Of a DNA stretch of 50,214 nt, positions 13,103-24,132 are shown piece by piece (the first letter of the stretch is position 1; every line of letters begins with the position of its first letter). The DNA lies in assembly GCF_001194135.2 (NCBI RefSeq), contig NC_069008.1, forward strand, positions 12,324,215 through 12,374,428, written 5' to 3'. Origin of the DNA: Octopus bimaculoides (lineage: Eukaryota). A model generated the notes under the pieces. The model saw only the letters and a program-made list of their open reading frames with translations. It made no database searches and was not told the DNA's origin. A program made the translations under genes and the position numbers.

Positions 13103-14539
13103 TGTGTGATCCGAAAGTAACTCCCTATTCTAAAATAACTATAATATATTTTTGAAGTATAATTTCTCCAATTAATGAATATGAGAAGAAAGTATATTAC
13201 ATGGACTTTTATTTAAAATTCAATATGGGCACCATCATTCGCCACCAGCTTTTCAAGTCGACCATGAACCGCATCAACTGATTTCACAAGGAACTCTTGC
13301 GGGATGGAACTAATAACTTCACATANNNNNNNNNNNNNNNNNNNNNNNNNNNNNNNNNNNNNNNNNNNNNNNNNNNNNNNNNNNNNNNNNNNNNNNNNNN
13401 NNNNNNNNNNNNNNNNNNNNNNNNNNNNNNNNNNNNNNNNNNNNNNNNNNNNNNNNNNNNNNNNNNNNNNNNNNNNNNNNNNNNNNNGTTAAGTCAGGGC
13501 TTCTGGCTGGCCATTCGTGTGAACCACAACGACCCATCCATTTTCCAGGAAATTGGGCATTCAGCCATTCATGAACAACAATAGCAAAGTGTGGAGGAGC
13601 ACCATCTTGCATGAAAATTAAATCTTCAATATTGTCCCAAGCACTGATAGTTGGCCAAACTTCATCTCTCAACATAGTGAGGTACCTTTCGGCGTTCATG
13701 GTATCATGAAGGATGAAGGGGCCCACAATCCTGTCCAAAGTCATTCCACACCATACCGTTATCTTGGGTCCATTCTGCATTTTTTCACTGGTAACACGAG
13801 GATCTTCTCCTGCCCAGTGGCAGTTATGATGGTTTACAAACCCACCTATGTGGAATACAGCTTCATCACTCCAGAGAATATTTTTTAAGAGATTGGGCCA
13901 ATCTCTAAACCAAGCCAACATCATCTCTCCAAACTCAATACGAATGTCGCAGTTTTTGGCAGAGAGTGCTTGGCAGTAGTGTGGCTTCTAAGCACACCAT
14001 TTAAGCTCATTTTTAAGCACATTACGTACACAGGGAAACAAGAACCCACTTTCTCTTGCTGCTTGTCGAATTGACTTTTGCGGGCTATGGGTAAACATTT
14101 TTTGAACAACTTGCACTACCTCAGGGTCTCTGAATTTGGAAGGGCGACTGCTTCTTTGAGTATCAGTCACAGATCCTGTAGTCATGAGTTTTGCATGACA
14201 ATTCTTGATTGTCTTTGGGTCAATTTGAGCATGTCTTCCCTTAATGGTTCTCCACCATCTTTGCACTAGAACAATGGATCGCCCAACTTCATAACGTGCA
14301 GCTATCTGGGCGCGTTCCTGTACAGTAAGACGTCCAGCCATTTTTGTAGGGCTTTGAAATTTCAAACAAATTAACAAGATTAAAAACCAAATTCATATAA
14401 CAGATCTGAAAAGAAAACAAAAGCATAGATTTAATTGCCACACATTAAGTAACATACACACAAAAATTGAGAAACATATTACAGCATTTGAATAAATTAT
14501 AGTTATTTTAGAATAGGGAGTTACTTACGAATCACCCTG
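13103..14539 (-). mobile_element. Near full-length Tc1/mariner element, DD41D (rosa-like) type
   Basis: TIR core gtaactccctattctaaaataactataat at both ends; right end cagggtgattcg|TA. Transposase has WSDE, QDGAPPH and WPARSPDL. Confidence 0.9.
13213..14341 (-). pseudogene. DD41D-like transposase with one visible in-frame TAG (13988-13990); part hidden in gap
   Basis: ORFs 13988-14377 and 13319-13924 are in the same frame. C-terminus ...NDGAHIEF* at 13213. Spacing from the QDG aspartate to SPDL implies D41D; the third D lies in the N-gap. Confidence 0.8.
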
Positions 14540-14553
14540 TATATATATATTCA

Positions 14554-15116
14554 CAGTAATACCTCAGTAAGACCAGCTTGTAAAGACACTGGGTTTACGA
14601 GTTTTATTTTATAACAAATATAAAAAGCTTAAAGCAAAAGATCCAAATTTTGAATGAAGCACAAAAGTTTCTACTACCATAACGAATGCTTCTGAGAAAT
14701 TTATAGTGAAAAAATGCTTCTTCTAAGCAAACAGCTCTAGACCTGTTTTCTAAAAAGAAATCTACAAGTCTGTCTATGAGTGCTTGCAAATTGGCGATCA
14801 CGTCTACAAGTGATGGTGTGCACGAATATAATGCGAGTGAAAGTGATGAAGAAAATGATTATAATAATAATAATACTTTTTATTATATATGATCTTGGCA
14901 TTCTTTTTACTTTACATAAAATATTCATAAGATTCTACTGTTGTTTTATTGCCATTTATTTATAAGTATTATAAATTTTAAAGGTAAAATATTTTCCTGA
15001 GAACAAATTATGATTTATAACATTGCTACTATGGGAAATTATTGCTCTGCTTTATGAGTTTTTGCTTAATGAGCAGTCTCTGAGAACAAATTAACTCGTA
15101 TGTCGAGGCATTACTG
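14554..15116. mobile_element. Tigger/pogo-like non-autonomous DNA element
   Basis: Imperfect TIRs CAGTAATACCTCAG / TCGAGGCATTACTG|TA. Confidence 0.6.
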
Positions 15117-15119
15117 TAT

Positions 15120-15945
15120 CAAGTAGATGGCCCTGCTCAATCTGTAGGAAAGGCATTGGTAGAAACTCCATAAGAAGTAGCCAGTGCAAGCTATAGACAC
15201 ATAAGAGGAGCAGCAATATCAGAGGAAGGTTAACCGGGTGTATAGTTTTTGTGTGTGGAAGGTGCATGGGTACAATAAACACAAAAAATGTACAGAAAAT
15301 AGACTCCAGTAACTGCCAGTGGGGTAAGCTAGGGGTAGTAGATGGCTTCCGTTATCTAAGTGACCAAGTTAGTAGTGGAGGTGGATGCTCTGAGAGCATA
15401 GCTGCAAGAATAAGAATAGATCAGGTAAAGTTCAGAGAGCTCCTACCTCTGCTGGTAATAAAGGGTTGCTCTCTCAAAGTGAAAGGTAGACTGCATGATA
15501 CCTGTGTGTGAACAGCTATGCTAAATGGCAGTGAAACATGGGCTGTGACCATCAATGTCATGCGTAGGCTTGAAAGAAATGAAGCTAGTATGCTTCTCTG
15601 GATGTGTAATGTCAGTGTGCATGTTTGACAGAGTGTAAGCATCTTGAGAGAAAAGCTGGGCATAAGAGGCATCAGATGTGGTGTGCAAGAGAGACAACTG
15701 TGCTGGTATGGTCATGTGTTACATATGGATGAGGACAGCTGTGTAAAGAAGTGCCGATCTCTAACTGTGAAGGGAACCTGTGATAGAGGTAGACTCAGGA
15801 AAACATGGGACGAGTGGTGAAGCATGACCTTCAAACTTTGGGCCTTACAGAGGCAATGACTAGTGATCGAGACCTTTGGTGATATGCTGTGCTTGAGAAG
15901 ACGAGTCAAGCCAAGTGAAATCATAGCTGTGGCCAATGCTTTTTT
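15120..15945 (+). mobile_element. RTE-clade LINE fragment (RT C-terminal region)
   Basis: FRYLSDQVSSGGGCSESIAARIRI..KFRELLPLLVIKG..LKVKGRLHDTCV; matches the copies at 5640-6200 (-) and 42180-42750 (+). Confidence 0.85.
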
Positions 15946-15959
15946 GGTTCAAATTAGTC

Positions 15960-16320
15960 AGCTGACAACAGTACACATCAGAATTAATGGTCTAGTTTTG
16001 TTGGTGAAGCTCATAATAAATAATGCCTTTATGATCCAACCTAACACAAAGCATAGCTGTTTTAGCAAGAAAATTCATCTTTGGTTGCTGTTTTGGGGGA
16101 TCCTTACGTAAACTCCAGGATTTTTTCACATACAATCCATTTTACATCTCCAGTCACAAGTTGTTTCAAAGAAAGGCATGTTTTCACTCTGTTTCAAAAG
16201 CAAATCAAAAACGGAATACCAGTGCAAGCAATTCTTTTCTGAGAGTTTGTGAGGGACCCATACATTATAACAAATGTATCCTAGCTTCACTAGATGTTCA
16301 AACAACATAAATTACGATAA
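15960..16320 (-). mobile_element. Mariner transposase fragment
   Basis: HLVKLGY..VWVPHKLSEKN..LLKQSENMPFF (WVPHEL motif), with frameshifts. Confidence 0.75.
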
Positions 16321-16433
16321 TAAACAACATAAATTATGATAATAAAGAAATTTGTGGGAAAAATGTTTTCCGAAGGAGTGGGGAGAGAGGACTGTTGGAA
16401 AATTCACACAATCCAATTTTTTCTCTCATTTCA

Positions 16434-17681
16434 GGATCTAGTTTAGCACCTGGTCACCAAAACAAAACAGTTTAATAGGTGTAAAAAATGTGTAGAAAAC
16501 GAATACAAAAACAAAAGTTTGCACAAACGAACGTGGGGGGGGGGGTACTTTCGGAAAATTCACACAATCCAATTTTTTCTCTCATTTCAGGATCTAGTTT
16601 AGCACCTGGTCACCAAAACAAAACAGTTTAATAGGTGTAAAAAATGTGTANNNNNNNNNNCAGGAAAATGGATATTAATTAAATTTTACAGAAACACCTT
16701 TCAAACAGCATATATTAGGATTATAAAGAAATTTGTGGGGAAAATGTTTTCCAAAGTGTGGGAAGAGGACTGGCGGAAAATTCACTCTTTCATACTTTCC
16801 TGATAGAAAATATTTTTTCCTACACACACACACGGCTTCCTTTTTTTTTTATTTCTTATATTCCACAAATTTCTTTATCATCGTAATCTATGTCGTTTGA
16901 AAGGCCATGGAGAGGTTTACTTGAAATCTATCCTTCCCTCCATTTTCCATATCATCACATTTGAAAACTAGTGTTGGAGAACAAGGAATTTCAATATTTG
17001 TGAAAATTATAATTTTGATTTCTATGAATGCATCAGCACTTTTCACCGTAACGATCTAAAGTCGGTTGAGTTCCTTCGTTCACACGGAGTATTAACAAAC
17101 GTAGTGATATGCCCACAGTGAAACACCGATGGGAAAATGCCTCACTCTAACGATTTTGGAGATAGCACACATAGAAGCATACACACACAAAACATTGAAA
17201 GACTTTGGAGAGACATAAAAGAATTAATCCAAAAGCCAGGTATTCGATCAAAATATCTGCAACAATATCTTGCAAGATATTATTCATAACTTTTGAACAT
17301 GAAGAAATCTGTTGCACAAGTTCTTCATAGAGGCAGCCAAGTTATACCTTCCTCTCTCGGATCGTTGCCGTCAAATAATTACCAAGACGAAGATATGTAT
17401 ATGTATGTATATGTGTGTGTGTGTGTGTGTATTTTTCCCCCACAAATTTCTTTATAATCATAATCTATGCCGTTTGAAAGGTATTTCTTTAAAATTTCCT
17501 TAAAGTTATGAGGGAAAAAAATAGGGTCGTGTGAATTCCATGAAAGCCCTCTCCCCCATCCACCACGCTCCGTTTGCGCAAATTTTTGTTTTTATATTCG
17601 TTTTCTATCAATTTTTTATACCTGTTAGACTGTTTTTTTTTTGTTTGTTTTTGTGACCAGGTGTTAAACTATATATTAACC
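16434..17681 (+). mobile_element. Merlin (IS1016/ISXO2-type) DNA transposon, internally deleted
   Basis: N-terminal VEFLRSHGVLTNVVICPQ (17065-17120) close to C-terminal HTQNIERLWRDIK (17183-17222). About 110-bp imperfect TIRs (16440-16545 vs 17560-17681); right terminus reads GGTTAATATATAGTTTAACACC. Confidence 0.75.
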
Positions 17682-17874
17682 AAAATTTCTTTTTGTTTTG
17701 GTTTTTGCATAGTCGTATGAATTCCAGTATGTAGAATACAAATTCGCAAAAATTTTGTGAAAATTCCAAAAAATAAAAAGTTATGAGGGATTATATGGCG
17801 TGCTTAAAACAGGATTCCGCCAATTTTTGTATTTCACTGGTACGTTTTGGTTTCATTGTTAAATATACAGATGG

Positions 17875-18066
17875 CAGGCAATTGGCAAAACAGTTTGAAC
17901 TTCAGACACAAAGCTTACCATTTCTTCCGGATCTTTGCGTTCTAAGCTGAAATCCAACAGGGGGCCAGGAATCGGTAAAATAGAACCAGCCAAGTGTTAA
18001 TGTCGACGTAATAGACTTCCCCAACCCCTCAAAGATGCCAGCTTTATGCCGAAATTTGAAGCAATT
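17875..18066 (+). mobile_element. Degenerate tRNA-SINE (gtcgataaaataagtaccag family, Nin/Deu-domain-like)
   Basis: Similar to the 22652-22865 copy, ending gaaatttgaagcaa. Confidence 0.55.
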
Positions 18067-18770
18067 AATCCACCAGTACATATGTAACTAAAACTGTATA
18101 TTAGCCACATTTTATTCAAAATTAAAACGTATAAGGAAACAAAAGTCGACGTGTGTGAAATACCCGCACTCCCCCATTGTTTTTATGTTAAATTTCAATG
18201 TAATCGTAATCTTCACCTTTTGAAATGCATTTGCAGAAAATTTCACTAAAAAAATCTCGGTTTCTTTCGTGGTATTCTGGTTCCACAAAGTTATGAGGAA
18301 ACAAATAATGTGGGTGGAGGAGGGAGACACATTAGTAGTCATACCATAAAACAAACATTCGATATATTATACTAAAGTATTGGTTTCTGAACATTTAAGT
18401 AGTTGAAGAACTAAAACACACAACAAACTAACGGGGTAACGATGGAAAGTCAAAAGAAAGTTAACTTTCATAGCAAGAAATAGCAGCCAAACCTAGCACA
18501 AATCATAAACAAGTTTCATCTATAAAAAATACGTAATGCAAGAAACAGCTAGATTTCTTTCTCGACCGTTTTACCTATGTTAAAGTGCAAAAAAAAAACA
18601 TAATAGGAATTTTGAAAGAAGCATCTATAAAACTAATTATCAAACATCGAACGGCTATGGTGGTCCACCCCCAAAAATAGTAATTAAAGGGGCCTATAAT
18701 AGACAAAAAAAAAATGGTTGAGAACCCCTGGTCTACAGTATTAAAAGATTAAATATTTTCATTATTTGAT

Positions 18771-18975
18771 ACTCACGGAAATGTCTGATAAAGGATAGTG
18801 TTGTTATGACAGAGGGTGGAGGTTGAGAAAAGTATTAATGGTCGAGATGTGTATTATTAGTGTAAGCGGAAGTTGGAGAAAAGTATTACAATTTGGGTGA
18901 TTACGAGAAATTATGCGGGAAATATTTCTGATGTAAATAAAGGTAACAACGGGGTAATGTTTACTGCGCATGCGT
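18771..18975 (-). promoter_or_regulatory. Predicted promoter, non-coding exon 1 and splice donor of ZNF-A
   Basis: ACGCATGCGCA (NRF-1-like, 18975-18965), 12 nt, CCGTT. Exon end acaacactatcctttatcagacatttcc|GTGAGT (donor 18776). Homologous to 45257-45495 on the + strand. Confidence 0.6.
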
Positions 18976-19084
18976 ATCTTTCTCTCTTGCTTTTTCTCTC
19001 ATCAAATGTTTACAGTAGCTAACTCACGTTGTAGCATTTTGTCTTTCAGCACCTTGCAATCGAAGGGTCTTGTACTTTGCTATT

Positions 19085-19395
19085 GGGCTAATTATCAAGC
19101 CGTTAATCGTTAATCAACGAAGTAAACATTTTCGTTAATGATTTAACTTTTAAGTTAATTTTGGAAATCATCATCGGACCATTTAAAACTCAAGTCAACT
19201 TCAATTCTATTAACGAATTTTATAGTTCTGGCACTAAGAGCAAAAACTGATTTTTGTTTTCTTTTGTATAATAAAAATTAACGTTAACGGTTTATCGATA
19301 ACTTCCGTTACATTAGGAAACAATTAACGGTTATCGAAGTTAACTTTTTGGTTAACGGTTAACAAAATTAACTTTTCGATTAACTGTGCCCACCT
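19085..19395. mobile_element. MITE-like remnant with multiple ttaacg/cgttaa subterminal repeats (hAT-like?)
   Basis: Dense GTTAAC/TTAACG motifs; ends gtgcccacctttg; only a loose TIR match. Confidence 0.35.
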
Positions 19396-19809
19396 TTGCT
19401 AATTACTGTGTTGTTCCATACGTAGCCTCTCCAGGTTATATAATAAATCAATCAATTGGTCTATTTATCTGCATATATATATANNNNNNNNNNNNNNNNN
19501 NNNNNNNNNNNNNNNNNNNNNNNNNNNNNNNNNNNNNNNNNNNNNNNNNNNNNNNNNNNNNNNNNNNNNNNNNNNNNNNNNNNNNNNNNNNNNNNNNNNN
19601 NNNNNNNNNNNNNNNNNNNNNNNNNNNNNNNNNNNNNNNNNNNNNNNNNNNNNNNNNNNNNNNNNNNNNNNNNNNNNNNNNNNNNNNNNNNNNNNNNNNN
19701 NNNNNNNNNNATATATATATTATATATACTTTATTTAAAAGCAGCAGAAATATAACACCTTGTTGCACATTTCATGTGCTTACTCCGGTATATATTATAT
19801 ATATATATG

Positions 19810-19841
<32 letters not shown>

Positions 19842-19864
19842 TCTTTACAAATAGATTTGTAAAG

Positions 19865-20700
19865 ATATTCAACAAAGAATATTCCAGCACCACCGAACGA
19901 TCTCGATACAAACTCTGGAGAAAATAATTAAACTGAACAGGAAGATGAGGTGGAAGGCTTTTTCATTTGATCATCCCAAACTACCAACAGAAACCGAACA
20001 TTTGGGGCTTAAATCTAGGAAGTTTCCACCCAAGATCAAGGAACTAGAGGCGTTTGAAAACGACCTGTTGAACTTAATATCCCACCTCGAACCCTTTCCA
20101 ACGTAAACTTAGAACAGACACCTGCAAGTTTAAATTTTCTGATAGAATCATTCTCTTCTCCGAGGAAACCAAAAATTTATATAGAGTATTTAGTGACACA
20201 TACGCACAGCTCTTTAACAACAGCATTACACAGAAGTACAGGAGGGTTCCCCACCCCCCAGTGTATGATAGTATTAACCAGGAGGCCAGAGATATAGCTT
20301 TTAAACTAGGCATAGAAGACAGGGTAGAGATACTAGCGAAGAAAGAGTCCTAACATAACTAACGATCAAGGATCATAACCCTAACCCTAACCCTAACCCT
20401 GAATGCAGTCTGATAAACCCGGCGAAGTCTGAGATCGGACAGGTGAGCAAACGGCTCATCAGGAAGATCACTTACAGCATTAGAACGCCTCTAACCTCGC
20501 CCTACGGTGCAACACCAACAAGGTCTGCATGGTTTAAGGCCAATAGTGATTATGGTAGAGCTAAGTTTATCCAATTTGATATAGTAGATTTCTACTTTTC
20601 TATATCAAGGGAGCTCCTGTTAAAGCACTGACCTTTGCTAGGGCCCATACTGGAGTAAACAACGAGGACATATGCATTATCATGCACACCAGAAAAACCC
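19865..20700 (+). mobile_element. Penelope-like element RT fragment
   Basis: KNIP...RKMRWKAF, LEAFENDL, INQEARDIAFKLGIEDRVE, KDH...LINPAKSEIGQVSK, KFIQFDIVDFY.SISRELL; several frameshifts. Confidence 0.8.
20376..20400 (+). repeat. (TAACCC)4 telomeric-type repeat inside the PLE RT frame
   Basis: cat aac cct aac cct aac cct aac cct gaa tgc. Confidence 0.9.
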
Positions 20701-21024
20701 GACCATTCACCCCATCCGGATTCTCAGAAGAGAACTTGCTACGCTGAACCGAACTCAGAAGATCAAGCAACATAACCAAACAGTTTGAGTTGACGCTTCT
20801 GATTCATACTAAATAACCGGACGCATCTTATTTTTCTGAGAATATTCGTTGGTTCGATACAAAATCCGACCGATGATAACCATAATCCTGCGAAGTGTCC
20901 TGGTACCAAAGGAACTCAAGCGACCCCTAAAGGTCCCGGACAGTGTTTAAGTCTTGCAATTGTAAAACAAGACAAAGAGAGCCAGAGACCTGAAGACCCG
21001 AAATTTTATCCTCTGGCTCAAACA

Positions 21025-21875
21025 TCAGTAGTTGCAAACCTCCTTGTCAAGTGAGTCCACAACTCCAACAACATGTCCAAGTCTTTTTAAGACTTTGCAC
21101 TCATAGCTAATCCTATTATGGACCACATTGCCGAGATAAGTGAAGCAGTCAGCAACAAAAGACTCAGCAAGAATAGCCACATCATCTATAATATCCAAGT
21201 CAGTCATCCGAGTTTCACAAATGAGTGCTTCTTCAATTCAATCGAGTTATCATCTGATCAAGTATCAAGTCTATTCATACATCAAACAGAGTGGGAACCA
21301 AAATAGAATTCTGACAGACCTCAAATCTAACTAGAAAAAGTCATATGTTGAGCCCTCAATCCGAACTACGTTCACTTTTCTAGTATACAAAGCCACCTTT
21401 GACTCAATCAGCTCCAGAGAATATCCCTATTTACTGAGTTGAATGCCTTGCAGAGGTCGACATAATTTGCAAGCAAAAGCCAAAACTTCTGCATACGCTC
21501 AAAGTGCACTCAGAAAGCCAGAATACTGTTGATAGTTGACTTCTATGGCGTGAACACTGGCTGCTGAGAGGCAAACAGATGATTTTGCACTCTGTTTAGA
21601 AAATCCTTAGCAAAGACCAGTTGCTGAGGGAAGAGTAAGAGCCCTATTGATGTTGTAGTCGTGGCGGTCACATGTACTTTTACAGAAAGAAATAATTACA
21701 CCCCTCTCCCAGTCAGGATCCATATTGAGTAGATGACCTGACATGAACAAAACCACAGCATACCCACCTTTCGTAATCATCTCCCCATAAATTCCACAAA
21801 CACCCAACTGCCTTTCTGCCGATTGTCTGCTGTATGAACCACGTCTACGTGTGGCAGATCATATCTGACTGGCAA
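21025..21875 (-). mobile_element. Degenerate RTE-like LINE RT fragment with internal deletions
   Basis: PDWERGVII...DRHDYN.RALTL, YVDLCKAFNSVNRDILW, TDLDIIDDVAILAES, FTYLGNVV. Confidence 0.8.
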
Positions 21876-22651
21876 GTTGGTCACCGGTGCTGAAGACATC
21901 GTGGTATTCAAAACAGTACAAGATGATTATTCTCAAAGAACTTGGAGCATCCCTAACTTTTCTCCCCACTCCTGTCTACTCAGACCTTTACTCCAATTTA
22001 CACAATTTCTCTCCACCCTGTCTACTCAGCCCCCTATACTACCCACACTTTTACCTCACTTCTCACAACATCCCTTAACCTGTCTAATCATTCTTTCGCT
22101 GCTCTCCTCACATTTTGCTCCGCGCTACCTACACTTCTCAGTTCTATTCACACTTTTGTCTGATTCAGTTTACAATATTTTCCGTTCTATCCACCTCCCT
22201 CCATTATACCCATACTTTTACCATATCTGGCCACAATTTTCTTGAAATATGTAGCTGAGAGTGATATAAAATACAAAAAATGCATATTTGTACACTGAAA
22301 GAAGACAGAAGCAGTGGCTTTTATGGGTCATGTTTTGATAAATTCTGAGAGTGATCACACTTTACCTATCATATTTGAAGTCTTGTCAGGTAGATTCCTG
22401 ATAGTCGACTTTATAAACGATACCATTAGTCGACATAACTCCTCACCAAGATGGAGAAAATTAATTATAATGAGTTGTTCTTAATCCTTATTTTAGAAAC
22501 ATAACTAATGAGTTCGTATCGGTTCCATTTTGTCAAAATTTTGTAACATGTAATTGTAATTAGTACCCTTTAAACAACCACCTAATGATAGCAGTTTTAA
22601 CAGTTTAGTCTTCTAATTATGTCTTTTAAACAAATGATACTCTATGCAATG

Positions 22652-22865
22652 TTGGTTTCAAATTTTTGCACAAGGCCTGCAATTTCAAAAGAGGATGTTT
22701 GTCGATTGCATCGACCCCAGTGTTCAACTGATATTTATTTTATCGACCCCCAAAAAGATGAAAGGCGAAGTCGACCTTGGCAGAATTCGAACTCAGAATG
22801 AAAAGATGGGCGAAATGTTGCTAAGCATTTTACCCGGTGTGCTAACGATTCTGCCAGCTTGCCAT
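22652..22865 (-). mobile_element. tRNA-derived SINE (Nin/Deu-domain-like family)
   Basis: tggcagaatcgttagca (A box), gagttcgaattc (B box), gtcgacttcgcctttcatc..gggtcgataaaataa, tail caaaaatttgaaaccaa. Confidence 0.8.
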
Positions 22866-23486
22866 TTATGCAATATTGATTGATGTTTGATATCCAGGCA
22901 TGCCACACACTGGACAATATTAACAACATCCGAAATATCATTTTGGCAGACAGATAAACTTCTCTCACAAGACTGAGACCTCCTTTTATACAGTTACTAC
23001 AAACAGCATCTGTTGCACTCGCAAACTATGTCCCACCCCAACAGGACATACTCTGTAAAACTGCGTGATACGTTCAGTACTCGCTTGTTGCTTGTGTATC
23101 TTCCCTCCTTGCTGCTACAGCAGTCTTTGGCTATGACCACTTCCTAATTAACTTTATTTAAGTTTGAAAGTGTTTAGTTACAAAAAAATTAATTCTCAAT
23201 CTGCCGTTCAAAGGGAAAAGATCTGTTTTCAGTATCTAATAAAAAAAATTTCTTTTTTGTGAAATTTCACTTCTTATAACCTTATTTTAACTTTGTTAAA
23301 GTGATTAATTATGCTTAATCATAATTTTTTCTTTTTTTTTTTGTCCCCAGTAAATATTTTTCACATCATTCAGAAGGTCACTGATTGGTATAGCAAAAAA
23401 TAATTCTGGAGACATAAACAAACAGCAAATGCTTTGAAAATAAAAAGTAAAATATAGACAAGCAACAGATGAATGTGTTGAAAGGC

Positions 23487-23572
23487 TTTATTAATTATGA
23501 CTCTTCCCAAATATAATATTGGTTTCAAAAGACAGTAAACAAATTCAAAATCTGGAGGAAATTACTTTTATT
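23487..23572 (-). terminator. Two AATAAA polyadenylation signals in the ZNF-B 3' UTR
   Basis: AATAAA at 23572-23567 and 23492-23487; both conserved in paralog C (43638, 43712). Confidence 0.6.
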
Positions 23573-23899
23573 AAAAATATCACAGAAATAAGTAATCACA
23601 ACAGTGTTTAGTTATGTTAATATAAAATACGGTGTGAGGAGGCTTACAGTTATGTCTCCTTTCTATTGTGAATATATTTAGTTATAGATGGTGTTTTTTT
23701 TTTTATTTTCACAGAAAAGGTAACTAGAAGAGGTTGGCATCATTAGAAGTTCAACCAGCTGTAAAAGACTACCTTAGAAAGAGAGCCATGACGAATGGCT
23801 TCGTTGTTGCATGGATAAAGTCCACAAAGCTAAGCCCACCTCACATCAGGAGGAACTTAAAATGTTTGATGATGTGTTAAGAATTTTCACTGATACAGT

Positions 23900-24132
<233 letters not shown>

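Noticed and set aside
16395-16650. Exact duplication of about 97 bp (16395-16491 and 16554-16650)
   Set aside because: The second copy ends at a 10-N gap; probably a contig-end overlap artefact.
17911-17925. Strong minus-strand donor ATG|GTAAGC as possible ZNF-A exon 1
   Set aside because: It lies inside a degenerate SINE; the paralog-conserved donor at 18776 is better supported.
22395-22450. ctgata-gtcgact...agtcgac-ataac hairpin resembling a hammerhead
   Set aside because: Both core halves are defective and there is no stem I.
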